From Yuukianura sp. NJ FZ-2021 (taxonomy: Eukaryota): a DNA stretch of 64,000 nucleotides. A program made the position numbers and the translations under genes. The notes below the pieces were generated by a model. It was not told the DNA's origin. It made no database searches and saw only the letters and a program-made list of their open reading frames with translations. The stretch lies in NCBI GenBank assembly GCA_046563655.1, contig CM102290.1, positions 1,240,001 through 1,304,000 of the forward strand, written 5' to 3'. The stretch's first letter is position 1, and every line of letters starts with the position of its first letter. This document shows positions 1 to 12,524 of the stretch, piece by piece.

Positions 1-112
1 AAGCATAAGGGTCAAAGGTTTTTTCTTTTAGGTTTGGAAAGAATTGTGTAGGAAAAACGGAAACAGGAAATGACATTTTTTCGTTTGAAAATTGTAATTT
101 CTGAAATTTCAG

Positions 113-1647
113 CTCTGAAAGTTAAGGATGCAGTTCAGGAGGACTGGAAGGAGGAAATTAGGGCTCGACTCTTTGTTCGTGCTGAAGAGGAAAGAACCAC
201 AGCGGAAGTCACCAAAATCCTGCTCGACTACCTCAAGTTTTCAGATGCGGAATTTGAAAAGGATGCCGAAGAAAATTCGGCCTTGTCTCCTGAAGAGGCC
301 CAAAGTCTCTATACAGCCCACTATCTGCCAAGGGCCAGTGACCTACACTCCAGTTCAACTTTTAGATACAAGAGACAGGTCAGTGTTGATATTTTTTGAA
401 AATTTTGAATCCAAAGTTTTTGCACTTTAATCTATCATGTGAAAGCTCATACTACAACATGTTACAAGCCAGACGCCTACAGCTACTTTTTAGTTCTCAG
501 ACCGAATTTCAATTCCGTTCAAACTTGCTCATCTTTTTCTCTGTCTGATTTTTGATTTATTTCCAGATTCGGAGGAGGAAAAAAAGACAAGGGCGGGAAG
601 ATGGAGGAGATTCGAAAATTCAAATTTCCTTTGACTCAGGGCAAATGCGCTGGGAAAGTTTCCATGATGAGGACAGAATTAAAGTTGGGATTCGAATTCA
701 ACTTCCAGCAGTCGCCTTGAGGCCAAACTTTGGAATCGAGGTGAAAAACAATGGGAAAGAATTACTTTCTTTTTCTATTATTACTTTCTCCCGCCAACAA
801 CCTTCATGTTCTTCTTTTCTTTTTTCAACTTTTCCGTCTGGCCCTTTCCTTTTGAAAACTTTTGAGTCCATAAAAGAACTTTCACCGTTTCTTTTAAAAA
901 AAAGTGTGAGAAAAAAAAGTGAAAATACTTCTTTCATTTTCTGACAAAAACTTTTTAATATTTTTATTCATGAAATGTTGCCAGACCTCTTATGACTTTA
1001 TTTGAGGAAAGGAAGGCTGGAACCAAGTTTAAAATTCTCAGCAGGGTGGCTTCAAATTTTGCTTTTCTTTTTACAAAAAAACAATGTTTAAAGTTTTAAC
1101 TTTGATTTTACGTTTTTAATTTGTTCTCCAGGTTTCAATCAAGGATCAGGTCGAAGGACACAGAATTGGAATCCATTCTGGAAATATTACGAAGGGAATA
1201 TCACTCATGGTCAAAGCGCCGACTCCTTCTTACACGTTTCTCAATGATATCGATACTCGCATCGTAAGTTTTGTTTCAAGTTTCAACGACAGTCCAATTT
1301 TTTAACAATTGCTAAAATCATTTTTTGTGTGTTAAGTTCAGTTCGTAGACAATTTGAGAACAGGGGACCCTTCAAATAAAAAAATGACTTTGTTTGTGAA
1401 TGTCAAATCAATGCCGAGAAAATTTCCAACATCCCGAATGGGTAGGAATTCTTTTTGGAAGCAAAATTTTTCGGCTCAGAAATTTGAATTTTGTTTGAAA
1501 GTATAAGTTCACACTAGCAAAATTTATTTTTAGTTACTTCGCGTTTCATCCTGTCAAAAACAGTTTTACTTAGGTTTGAGCGGAGAAATTATTAAACCAG
1601 AAGAGTTCATACCAAAAAAAGATGCAACGGAGAAACCTTCGCCTTAA
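113..1647 (+). CDS. Uncharacterised multi-exon gene, 5' end outside window (exons 113-378, 567-740, 1132-1263, 1342-1441, possible last exon 1574-1647)
   Basis: Consecutive AG/GT-bounded exons splice in frame: ...STFRYKRQ|IRRRKKRQGREDGG...PNFGIE|VSIKDQVEGH...DTRI|FVDNLRTG...SRM. No family recognised. The 3' end is uncertain and it may join the next model. Confidence 0.6.
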
Positions 1648-1947
1648 CTCCTTTTTAAAGCGAAACTTCAATAGAAACGAGTCTCCTTTGCCGTCTGTTG
1701 ACCTTAAAAGCCGATGCCTAACGTTGACCTAATTCGAAGTGGCGGAGAAGAGGAGTGGACACTTAATTGCCGAGGATAGTGGCAATTTGTGTCTGTCAAT
1801 TCCAACAAAAAAACTTTGGCGGGCACTTTGAACCAACATCGAACTTCTTAGCCGCGTGTGTTTCCCTCATGATCAGACGAGTAACTGAAGTAAACTGCTG
1901 TTTCGAAGGAAAAGTTTTTCATTTCCTTTTTTTCTACTTTTTTGAAG

Positions 1948-4900
1948 GCCGACAGTGTGACCTGGAATTTCGAGAACATAAAACCAACAACATTTGGATT
2001 CAAACCCAGAGAACGGCGGAAGCCTGATGAAATCCACTTAGCAGTGACTCTCTCTGCTCCTACTCAACATCACAGCCTTCCCAATTTCGATGATCTACCC
2101 ATCACTCGGAATCTTGGAATTCGGAATCTTACTGTTGCGGCTCAGATTTCATTTCCACTCGAGCAAAGTCAAAACAGGAACATCCAAACGGTCATTCAAT
2201 TTCCGATTAGACGGAACAGATCCAAAAGTCATGCAGTTGGAAGTGGACGGAGAAAGGGAAGGAAACTTTCTCGTCCTCTCGATTCTTTTGAAACACAGGT
2301 AAGAACAAAGAAAGTTAGGCTACGTTTAAGTTAACGTTGAGATGGATTAGGGTAACGTTGGTAAGGCACTCGCACGTTTCTTGTCTTTTTGTATCAAATG
2401 AAAGCGTTTGGAGACTCAAAGTTTAGTAGGTTTAGTTGTAATGAATGTAACTGAAATTGAATGTCTTTTTTTCCTTTGAGTCCTTTGTTGAAGAAATTGA
2501 AATTTTTAGGGCTTCAATTTCGCAAAAATGTGACCTAAAAAAACCCGGGCGACTCATCGATTTTCGGCCTTCCTGCTAATTCCTTTTCTCCTACAAAACT
2601 CTCTCTCTCAAATGTGAAATACTAAAACCTGTTAGTTGTTACTTAAATTCGGCTGCTACTGAATAATGTACCTTCCAATGGAAAACACTCGAAATTTAAA
2701 AATTTTGAAGTTAAGTGAAAAACTTGAATGTGGTGCATTTGTTTGAGTTGAAGCAAGGGGAAGCGTTTGAAGAATTGTGGACTGTAGAGAAAGTAGCACC
2801 TAGAGCGACACTTCCGGTGACAGGCCATTTAATCTATTTCCTCTTTGGATTGAAAAGGGCGGGAGAAGACGCCATAGAGAGAATGGGAACATCCATTTCC
2901 TGTCCGAGCTGGACGGATTCGGTGACCCTGTGGCTCCTCCTTGAAATTTGTGTCTCGAGGTGACCATTGTCCGTAGGGAATAATGTAAAAGCGGACTTTC
3001 TATAAAACCTACTTGTGGCTTCAAACTCTTTTTCACTTCACGTCACGTTCAAACACCTCTTTTCTTCTTCCTCTTTGACTTTTCGGACTTTGGAGGGTAG
3101 CATTCATGGGAGGGGAAACATGACACTTTCACTGAACCTACCTTTCAAAATGTAACTGCGCATCAGAAGCTCCTCATTGGTCAAGTTGTCAACGACAGAT
3201 CTGTCAACTAAACATAGCCTATTTTTAACAAACTAAAACCAGTGTTGTTGGACGCTAAAACGTCTAATGGTTTTTAACTTCCACTGGATATCCACTGGAA
3301 GAAATGCACCAGAAATGGATGAAACTTTCATTGGGTGGAAGAAATTAAGAATTTAGCGCGAAATTTTAAAAAAAAATTAAAATTGCAAAAGAATAATATC
3401 AAAAATAATTTCTTCCATTGTTAACATTAATTTTTTTTTTTTACTTTTTTATTCATAAAAATAACACTTTGATGAGGAAAAACAGTTATTAAATTAATTG
3501 TTTATTTAAAACTCATACTAAAACGATATTTTCTTCGTTTTTGTAGAGTATTTTGAATTGTTTAAGCTTTTTGTATTGAATTAATTCAAACTCGACCCAT
3601 TTGGATTCATCCATTTCATCCATTTCTTCCACTGGATATCCAGTCATGGATAAAATTTCGAAAAAGTGGATATTCAGCAACAATGACTAAAACTATTGGT
3701 TTCTCTGCACCCAAGTTGCCGAATTTTCATAAAAAGTTGGGAACTAAAGTATCGAGCCTTTCTCATTATTGGTATCTGTTTGCGTCAGAGCTTTCCTTGG
3801 CGACATACCCGCAATGACCACCCAGTGCTCTAGACATTCAGTCCCTCATGCAGCTTTGGCTAAATACAAATTTGGCCAAATGTCAATAATCATGAGCGTT
3901 TCCGGTTGTTAAGTTCAGAGGGCTTTAGTAGACGAAAGGGGGAGTGGATGGCAATTGATGTGGGACAAGGAACATTCAATTACATGGGATCTTGACTCTG
4001 GATAGTTTCTGCACCGCTGCAGACACAGCGTCTCCTTAGGATCAAATCATGAAAAGCATCTTAGCATCTACTAAATCCAAACCAACGTCCCCAATCTTGT
4101 CTTTCCCAAGCAAACCAAACTTAAGAGTCCAATTTTGAAGCAATCACAGAAAGCACGCTTTCTCTACAATCCAGTTCTAGTGACCGCCAATGAAAACACA
4201 AAAACATTGCAAAGAAAAAATAAGAAACATTTGTGGTTTGAACCTTGAAAATTTCAAGCGCTACATAATTCAGAACGAGATTTATTTTTGAAAATAGAAA
4301 GAAATAACGATGGTACAAAAGGACTTTTGCAAGTTGAAGTTCGAATTGAACCAGCGGAGTAGAAGATAGTATTTTGGGAGTAGTTTCTGGTAGTTTTTGT
4401 AAAACCTATGTTTACTGGACGGAGAAAGTGGATGGTTACATTGTTCTTATTTATTTTGGTGTTGTAGGAAGACGGAGCTGAGCTGGACGAGCGTCCACGG
4501 CTGGAAGTGGTTGGTCCAGCCGAAATTCCCAGAGGATCTAGTGGATCCTACATTATTAGACTTCCCGTCAAGGTTGATTTGACACGAGAGCTTACGTTGT
4601 CACTCTACCAGATTGGAAATCTCACCCAGGTCCGTTCATCTTCTATGTCATCTTGGTCTGAGGGAAGGATACAGATGATGGTTTTTCCAATGACACTCAC
4701 ATGATCTCCTTCCCACAAATTAGGCTCTTTCTTTATACTCCCACTAAAATAAACCTTACTATTTCCAAACGACAACAACCACAATAAATAACGAAAAACA
4801 CAACAAGTTAAATTACAAAAAAAATTTAAAAAAAAAAGACCTAAAACATGGTTGATGTTGTTGGAAATATAACCTATTGCAATTGGAAACGGGGCAAGCT

Positions 4901-7900
4901 TTTTTCTGTCTTGGTTTGAGAGTATAGAATTTTTCGAGTGGAAAATGGCATGTCAAATTTCGATTTTTTTTTGTAACTGACAAAACTTTAGCATGCCTCG
5001 TTTCCCTCCGGAACTGAAGTAGAAAGTTTGTGGGCTGGTGAAAGTGAGGCACGTTGTTACCAAACGTGTTAGTTTACAAGTTTGTGTTTGTTCCAGGGTC
5101 CAATTTCCGTTTCAGACTTACAAGTAATTAGAGCGGGTCGAAAGTTTTCAGGAGCCCATCAGACGTCTAAGGGACTTCTACCCCACGGAGTTCACCTGGA
5201 GTGTACAAACTATTCATCAGTCGGGGAAGCACATGCAAGTGAAGGCAGAGGTCAACCGCCCCTTGAGGGCTGCATTCTTCATGTAAAGTCTCTCAACTTT
5301 CTCCATCGTAAGTACCCCAACCTTGTTTATACTTTTGCTGGACCTAGAGGTCGCAAATCCGGTGCTATCTCGTGAAATCCGGATTTCGAATTTTTCCAAA
5401 AAATAGATTAGCGTGTTCCATACTTCCGCCAATGCCCTCAAATGCATCGTTAAATCCGGATTTAAAATTTTGAAATCCAGATTTCGGATTATCCGAATTC
5501 CTCAAAAATCCGGTTTTCGAGCCCTAGCTGGATCCCCTCCATTGGGGGACAGTTTGACCCTCCCAAGGTCGTTCCACTCCTAAAACAACGGTTTAATCAA
5601 GTAGGATTTCCAAGTCCTTGTCCACGCAATTTCTTCAGTGTCGCATGAGCTGTGTGAGATTAGGGCGCTGGAGCCCTCTTTATCTCATTATTAAGAACCA
5701 TTTCTATGGAAATGCTCTCAATCATAACTTTCTCCTCACCGGGGAACAACTTTTGAATTCTCAGCCCAGCTTTCTTGCGTAATTTAATTAAAAATTTACA
5801 CTTTAGGTTTCTAGAATTGGTTTAGACGACTTTTGTGTGGTGCTTCTAAACAAAATTAACACTCCCCATTGTCACCAAATGTAAGGTTTGAAATGTAACA
5901 AAAGAAGCCCACTATTTTTTATACAACTTTTGCAACGCCAACTTCAAAATTTTTGAAACTCACAACTGTATCAATTCTGGAACTTAATTTTGCTAACGAC
6001 ATTTTAAAGAAAGCGTTAATTTAAGTGGGTGTTTTTAGTGAGCAGCTACTTTGTTGTGCTTCGCTGCGACTCTTTTGTTCCGCCGTTTCCACATTAATCG
6101 CATATTGAGCCATTAGTTGAGGGTCATAGGGCAAGGAGAAGGGACTAAAATGCAGAGTGTGAAGAGCGCAGGGTTATTGGGTTTTATTTTTCCATTGAGT
6201 GGGCACTGAAGTGTCCATTCTATGTTGGACTGTGCGGCCCAATCCAGACACTGCAGAATCCAATTGGAATTCTACGAATGGAGGAAAGTGAGGCAGAAGA
6301 GAAAGTGGGACTTTGACTCCAACTTTATAATATCCCTGGTCCTAAGCCTTTTAAAAGTTCCTTCAAGAACGGCATAATCTCTCTACTGCTGAAAAGTTGG
6401 TCCACTTGAGCTGAGATACTTTTTAGAGAAGGCTGGATCAAGTCCACACAGTTTGGATCTGCTCCACTAGACATCCTGCTAACAGGCTTTGAATCGGAGA
6501 ATGGGCAGAGTGTAGCGGCAGAGCATGTGAAAGTATTATAACCTAGTTAGGTTCTTTCATTACGCCCATTTACTGTGTCATCTACCAACATCCGCTCCAC
6601 TGCTTTCCCAACCACGGCCTTAATAGACTTCAACTTTCCCCTATTTGCATACAGACACATCAGCCACTACTCCGACGGATACTGTGCGTCTATAGTACGC
6701 ACGGGGCTCAGGTGTAGGTATGTGCAAAAGGCTCCTACTCTCAGTAAAAGCTAATTCGCTCATAAGTAAAAACATGATTAGCTTTGGCGTCAACTTTGTC
6801 AACTGAAAAACGGCAAACGAATAAAAGTCAACTTGTATTTTGTGTTCAAAGTTTTGCTGAAATTAAATTGTTTAAATTAAACCCACCGTATATTGAAATT
6901 TGTATGGGATTTTGAAACCAAAAATGCTTCTCGTTAACCTGTTTTGCCTCCAGTTTTAAACGGGAAGTTTTGGTCGTTGCCGCAACGTAAAAAAAAAATT
7001 CATAGTAGAATTTTTAAAAGTTTCGAGATAAGTAGTTTCTAGTCGTTTGATTATACTTGCCATGTCGAGAAATATGATGTCGATCAAGTTGTCCCTGATC
7101 TAACGAACGTGGGCTCACCAGGTATTGTTACAATTTTACAAGCTTATGAAGTATTTGCTTTAGGATTTTGGTAGAGTAAATACTAAAGTCTGTACCCATG
7201 CAACGGATTGAAATGACAAAAGGTTCATTAGTATTTGAGGCTTTTGCAAAAGTCAGTTCCAGGTCACGAATAATTTGAGAGGGAATCGAGGTCTCCCTGA
7301 CAGCAGTGATCATGTCAACATTTCCCACTTTTGTGGTTTTGATTGATCTGAGGTTCCTTGCATACATACGTCTTCTAACAAAAACCGTGACGCTCAACTT
7401 TGAATTAGGCTTCGCTCAAAGGAGGCGCGTGTCATTTGACAACGGGATAATGATGACCTTATTTTTTTTAGAGAAAAGCTCCTTGAGACTTGATAGAGTT
7501 CAAATTATGGGATTGTTAGGCGGCGTCAAGGGCCCCCTGATCAGTGATGATGAGGGGCTTAAGGGCTCTTTCTCCCAATTAAGCAGAGAGAAAGGACTTG
7601 AAGGGCTTCTGCTCCAATGGGAAACATAACCTAACCTAAGTTATTATTAATTATACGCCCGCAACCTACTTCTGAACTGATTCTGCATCTATGATTCCTC
7701 TATTTCTTGGAATTCGGTGGTCCATGAGCAACTCCCAGCGTCAAATGAGAGTCTACAGGATCTACCCAAGAGGAACTAATGTTAATCATGATTAAATGTA
7801 TTAATTATACGCTCCAGAAGATTTTGAAATCAAGGCATATCAAAACATTACGGTGGCATGCTTCGTGCTTCCTTCACTTTTGTTACAAAAGTTTGTCAAT

Positions 7901-8704
7901 GTCATTGCTCAAAATTAAGTAAAATGTTTTCCAATTCTTTTGCTGAGTTAACACCGAAAACATCCACATAAAATTCCTTGTTGGTTCTATAACGTAGATT
8001 TTTTTTTTGAAAAACAAATTACGCTGATCTAAAAAAAACTTTTTTTGAAAACTCATTTTGAAAACTAGTTTCAGTGAAACTGTCAGAGGAACTCCGTGTT
8101 TCACGCATGAAGGTGTTCAGAATTTGTCCAGAAGACGGAATCAATTTGTTACAAGTTGAAAAATTTTTGGAAGGTCATTTTGTGAGATTTTGGGGACGAA
8201 TGAAAGTGAACTCTCCAGCTAGCAGAGGAGTTCAAACTTTGGGGTGAATTGAATTTGGGGAACCCAAAGCTCACTCTTAAGACATTGACGAAAAGTGGGA
8301 AACGTATAAATCCGTCTGGAGCCAATCAATAAAGTTCGTACTGCAACCTAATGTTGTCTTCTTCTTTCCAGGAGAGAGGCCGAGTGTCCTGGAGTTTGCA
8401 GGGATAATTCAGAGCCTTCCAGAAGCTCCGGTTGGATCCACGTTTCTGCTCCAGGCCGAGGCTGCTGTCAATGAAGAGAGTCGTCAAGAGTTGATGATGG
8501 TGATGACAGGGCCATCACGTCCCGCGACCCACCAACGCGTTGACAAGTCTTCTCCCACCACCAGAGCCACCGTCACTGTCATTGGACGCATTGTGGAATC
8601 GAGCGACGGAGAGGGGCGCAAAGGGGCTGGGTTAGGGAGACTTGACCCTGATGACCTCAAATCCTCTAGGAAAAGGCTTCTGTCATTCCCACTCCACCCC
8701 ACAG
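1948..8704 (+). CDS. Uncharacterised multi-exon coding region (exons 1948-2298, 4468-4629, 5097-5307, 8372-8704), incomplete at both ends
   Basis: Four exons with polypyrimidine-AG acceptors and GT donors. Phases match (0,0,1) and give one open frame: ADSVTWNF...SFETQ|EDGAELDERPRLEVVG...NLTQ|GPISVSDL...NFLH-R|ERPSVLEFAG...LHPT. Confidence 0.6.
3240..3685. mobile_element. hAT-like MITE
   Basis: Perfect 8-bp target-site duplication ACTAAAAC (3232-3239 and 3686-3693). Imperfect TIRs CAGTGTTGTTGGA / TTCAGCAACAATG (10/13). Inverted subterminal TGGATATCCA-containing blocks and an AT-rich core. Confidence 0.75.
5345..5526. mobile_element. hAT-like MITE
   Basis: 8-bp flanks GCTGGACC / GCTGGATC (7/8). 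Imperfect TIRs TAGAGGTCGCAAATCCGG / CCGGTTTTCGAGCCCTA. Repeated internal AAATCCGGA motif. Confidence 0.65.
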
Positions 8705-10618
8705 GTCAATCCCCTTGCAAACAAACATAGTATTTTACGCTGGAAAACTTTCTGGTCAGAATAATTTTCGCTACCCCACAACCTATCTTTTAAGAAAGTA
8801 AGAAATAAGGTAAAAATATTTTCACATATCCTCTTAAGCTCCTCTCCTGACGTATAGCTAAACTTAAGAATTGTTAACTAAAAATTTTTAGTTATCATAG
8901 GGTCACCAGCCTTCAGTTCTTCAAATATTGAGTAGACATATCTCCCATAACCCCAGGCAGACATTTTTCCAACAAATCCCAAATTATCTCAAGCTAATAT
9001 GGATAACATAAAAGCCTAGCTTGGACGTGTATGGAATTATTTAGTAAATACCAAACGCTTTTAAGATGTAAGATTTAAATAATCCACATTCATTTAACTG
9101 ATCCCAATAAAAAGTTCAGCAAAAATTGAGCTTTCTCTTTTACTTTCCGTAAACTTTTAAAAACCAACAAAAATTGTCAGTAAAAAGCATATTCTTTAAA
9201 GCTTCGAGGTTTTAAGTTTTAAGGTATAACAAATGGTTATAATTTTTTTTTACTTTACTTCAGTTCAAAGTAAGTTAATTGAATTTTAATTCGTTTCAAT
9301 GAGTTGAACGAAGCAGTATTAAGACGGCATGTTATAAAACGTATATCACGGATTGCTTTATACCTTTGGTAACTGCCTGTAAAACAGCGTTTTAGTTAAG
9401 CATACCTTGTAGTGTTTTGATTTTATTGGAAAGTGGAAGAAAACAAAACAACAAAACACTACTTCTAGAATTAATGTAACCGAACGTTGTGTATGCTAAA
9501 ATTAAAATTAAGTTGTAGTGATACCAAGCAAGAAGTTCAGTGTAACGTATTTTTGAATAAGTGAAGACATTTTTGAATTTTAAACAAACTAATAATTGTG
9601 ATACTCTTCATGTCAGAAAGGTGTTCCATAGTTATTAAATGGATGTTTGATGATTAACTGGTTTAAGTGTTTCAGTCTCCTATGCTTTTGTACAAAATCT
9701 AAAATTCCAAAGTTTGCAATAGTTCAAACCAATGTTTTCTGAGTATGTCCGTTCAGGTTACAAGAAATTGTGGAACACAAACACAGATTCACTCGTTTGT
9801 TCATAAAATCGGAACGACATAGTTTACAAAAAAAATTCAATTCTTGATTAAAAATCAATTTCAAAAATCGTAAGGTTCAACCAGTCAACGTTTTCCAAAG
9901 TGCTTCAGCCAATATTTCCCACAAGTCGTCATTAATTAGTTTTTCACAAAGAAAAAAAAGTTGGGTTTGCATCACCGATTCTATTGTCAAAACTATAGGA
10001 AAAAACGATGAAAAATTTCAAAGTAACTATTCAAACGCTCTACATCACTGGAACTGGATAAAAGAAGGGCAGACCAGAAACTTTTCTTCTGGAACAAAAT
10101 CAACTTCAAGTTCCCCCAAATTCATAGAAGTTCGAGATTCTGAATTGTAGAAAATCAAGTCATGCAAGAATAATTTTCATTAGGAGAAAACGTCCAACAG
10201 ATTCAAACGGCACAATGGCTTTCTGCTTTCTCTTTCGTCCTGGTGCAACTTAAGTTGAGTCAGAATCAAATCAAAAGTCAAATTGAAACTTTTGGGTTGG
10301 AGGAGAGCGGAAGATGATGACATTTTGTGCTGACAAATTAAATGGAAACAAAAGGATTTGCAATTTCCACTTCCTTCATTTCACTAAAGTTTAAAACAGT
10401 GACCGCAAGCCAGACAAAAGTCTTTGTTGACTGATGATCGGTTCCCCCCTTCTCTTTGAACTTTTGGACCACGAAATAGACTTCCGCATAATCCTTTCTT
10501 CTGACTTTGTTCAAACAACATCTCTGTTCAAATCAAGTTTCTGTATTTGAAAATGTTGACAAAGCATTAGCCGCGGTGCTTGAAAAGTATTTCTTAGTTT
10601 TAGTTCTACTGCATACAG

Positions 10619-10915
10619 CAAGGTTATTTAAATCGAAATTTTATTTGTTTTTTCTTAACAGGTTATACCATAACTCCTTTTTTCAAATTTTCAAACTTTT
10701 TAAACCGCACATCTGAAACAGCTCCGTTGCGTTAGCAATTCAAAACTATGACTCAGCAACGTCAAAATTAAAAAAAGTCGACAGGTTAATGCGAAAATCA
10801 ACAAATGTACAAAATTGGTACAAACCAAAACGTTGTATTTTCGTGTTTTAAAAAAAATGGAGTTATGGCATAACCTTATAATACATTTGTATAAATGGGC
10901 GCTAAATCAACCTTG
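10619..10915. mobile_element. CAAGG..CCTTG MITE (P-superfamily-like)
   Basis: Ends CAAGGTT / AACCTTG. TSD GCATACAG on both sides. Inner inverted repeat CAGGTTATACCATAACTCC / GGAGTTATGGCATAACCTT. Confidence 0.75.
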
Positions 10916-12290
10916 GCATACAGCGTTGTCAAAATCTATTTGCAAGGTAATCTAGCCGGAACCCATTTGAAGTGAAAATGCTTGTTAGGTTCAATATATG
11001 ACGGAGAAAATTTTGGACGAGTCCGGGTTGCGGGAATATCTGAAATTAAAACATTGAAGAGCTAAACTTTTTTTCTGGGCTTGAGAGAGGAATAGAGGGA
11101 TTTATTCTGCGTTGATTTTGAAGGCAATACCTCTGAACCACTCAACCACTGCTTGTGAAATGAAGGATTCCAGCATCTCGACAACGATTGAACCTAAGGT
11201 GATCCGAGGCGACCATGTAATGCATTATGGAAGAGTCAGAAGATACTTTTTGTACGAACCAAAACCTTAACCTCAGTTGAAACGATTATTTCTAGGTTAC
11301 ATCCTATGGTCTCTAGAAAAGTAAGCGGGGGTTCTCAAATCTCAAAGGAACTCACAAAATGGTGAGTCCAACAGATGAGACTTCTGATGATATTTTTATG
11401 ACGACATGGAAGCTTCTACACTACGGTTCAAATTGCGTTACTGAAAAAATGGACACTTTATATTCTCCAAAAGTAGTTACGGCAAACTACCCAAAATTTG
11501 AATTGTGAATTGAACCAGCTCAGATTTCATTTTCAAAATAGCTAGCTATACTTTTTAAAGTTTTATTTTAAATGAAGGTAGGTTGAATTTTTTTTTGGTT
11601 CAGTGAAAACTGAAACTCGGATTTGAGTGAACAGGAACTGTGGAACTAATTTCTTACAAAATTCCTAAACCCTTGTGCTCCACTAATAGAAAGAGATGCA
11701 GGCGTTATGAATGCTGGTGGTTTGAACATAAAACCTGGAAATGACTTTTCTTCTAATTTGGCAATTATGAAAAGAGTAAAAGGGAAAAGGGAAGGTGAAA
11801 GTATGGAAACGGAAAAGATTAGTTCAAATCTTTGCGGCATAGCCCTCCTCCCTCCCTCCCTCCAACCTAACCTCCATCTTATACTGTAGGACTTTGGATT
11901 TAGAGGGAACTGAAGCAGTCTTGAGCCATAACTTAAACTTTTATTAGCTCCATATTTCATCTGGATTTCTATTTATGACCCTACATTTCATTTCCATAGG
12001 TCGAATGTCATAATTCTGGGCTTTCCCTTCATCCATGCTAAACAATAGGAAATCAGTTTTCTTATTTTCGGAACGAATCAATTTATCTTTAGCTTCTTCC
12101 GCTGGCTCCGATTAGTGACACGTTCTGCCCAGTTCCAAAAATGGCGCTTGAAATACAAAACACAGGTCAACAGGTTGCGCAGGCGTCATTGAAACTCCTT
12201 CCGTCGGGTTTCTTTGTTCCTCTTTAAGGTGCGTAGCCTTTCACCTAACCCAAAGCAATCTTGTACTTATACAATCTCTCCGGTCTGAAC

Positions 12291-12524
12291 CAAGGTTCCT
12301 CGACAACGGAATTGTATTTCCTCGACATCTTGTACAATAGCTAAGGGTTTTCAAAAATCTTGCTTCAAACAACTTTTAGCACATATTTAGCACCAATCCC
12401 ATTTCTATTACATGCAAAAACTTACCATAGAAAGGCATATTTGCTGGTTTCAAACAAATTTTAAAACTTTGAGTTATCGGACAACCTGGTGTAGAAAAAG
12501 TTTTCTTTTTGTTTACGAACCTTG
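12291..12524. mobile_element. CAAGG..CCTTG MITE
   Basis: Ends CAAGGTTC / GAACCTTG. Flanks GGTCTGAAC / GGTTTGAAC. Both ends closely match the 25568-25790 copy. Confidence 0.75.

Noticed and set aside
6683..6703. GTGCGT/ACGCAC hairpin as a Helitron 3' end
   Set aside because: Short stem, no properly spaced CTRR terminus, and no second copy.
12229..12340. Candidate exon CVAFHLTQSNL...
   Set aside because: Runs into the MITE starting at 12291 and its phase does not fit neighbouring exons.
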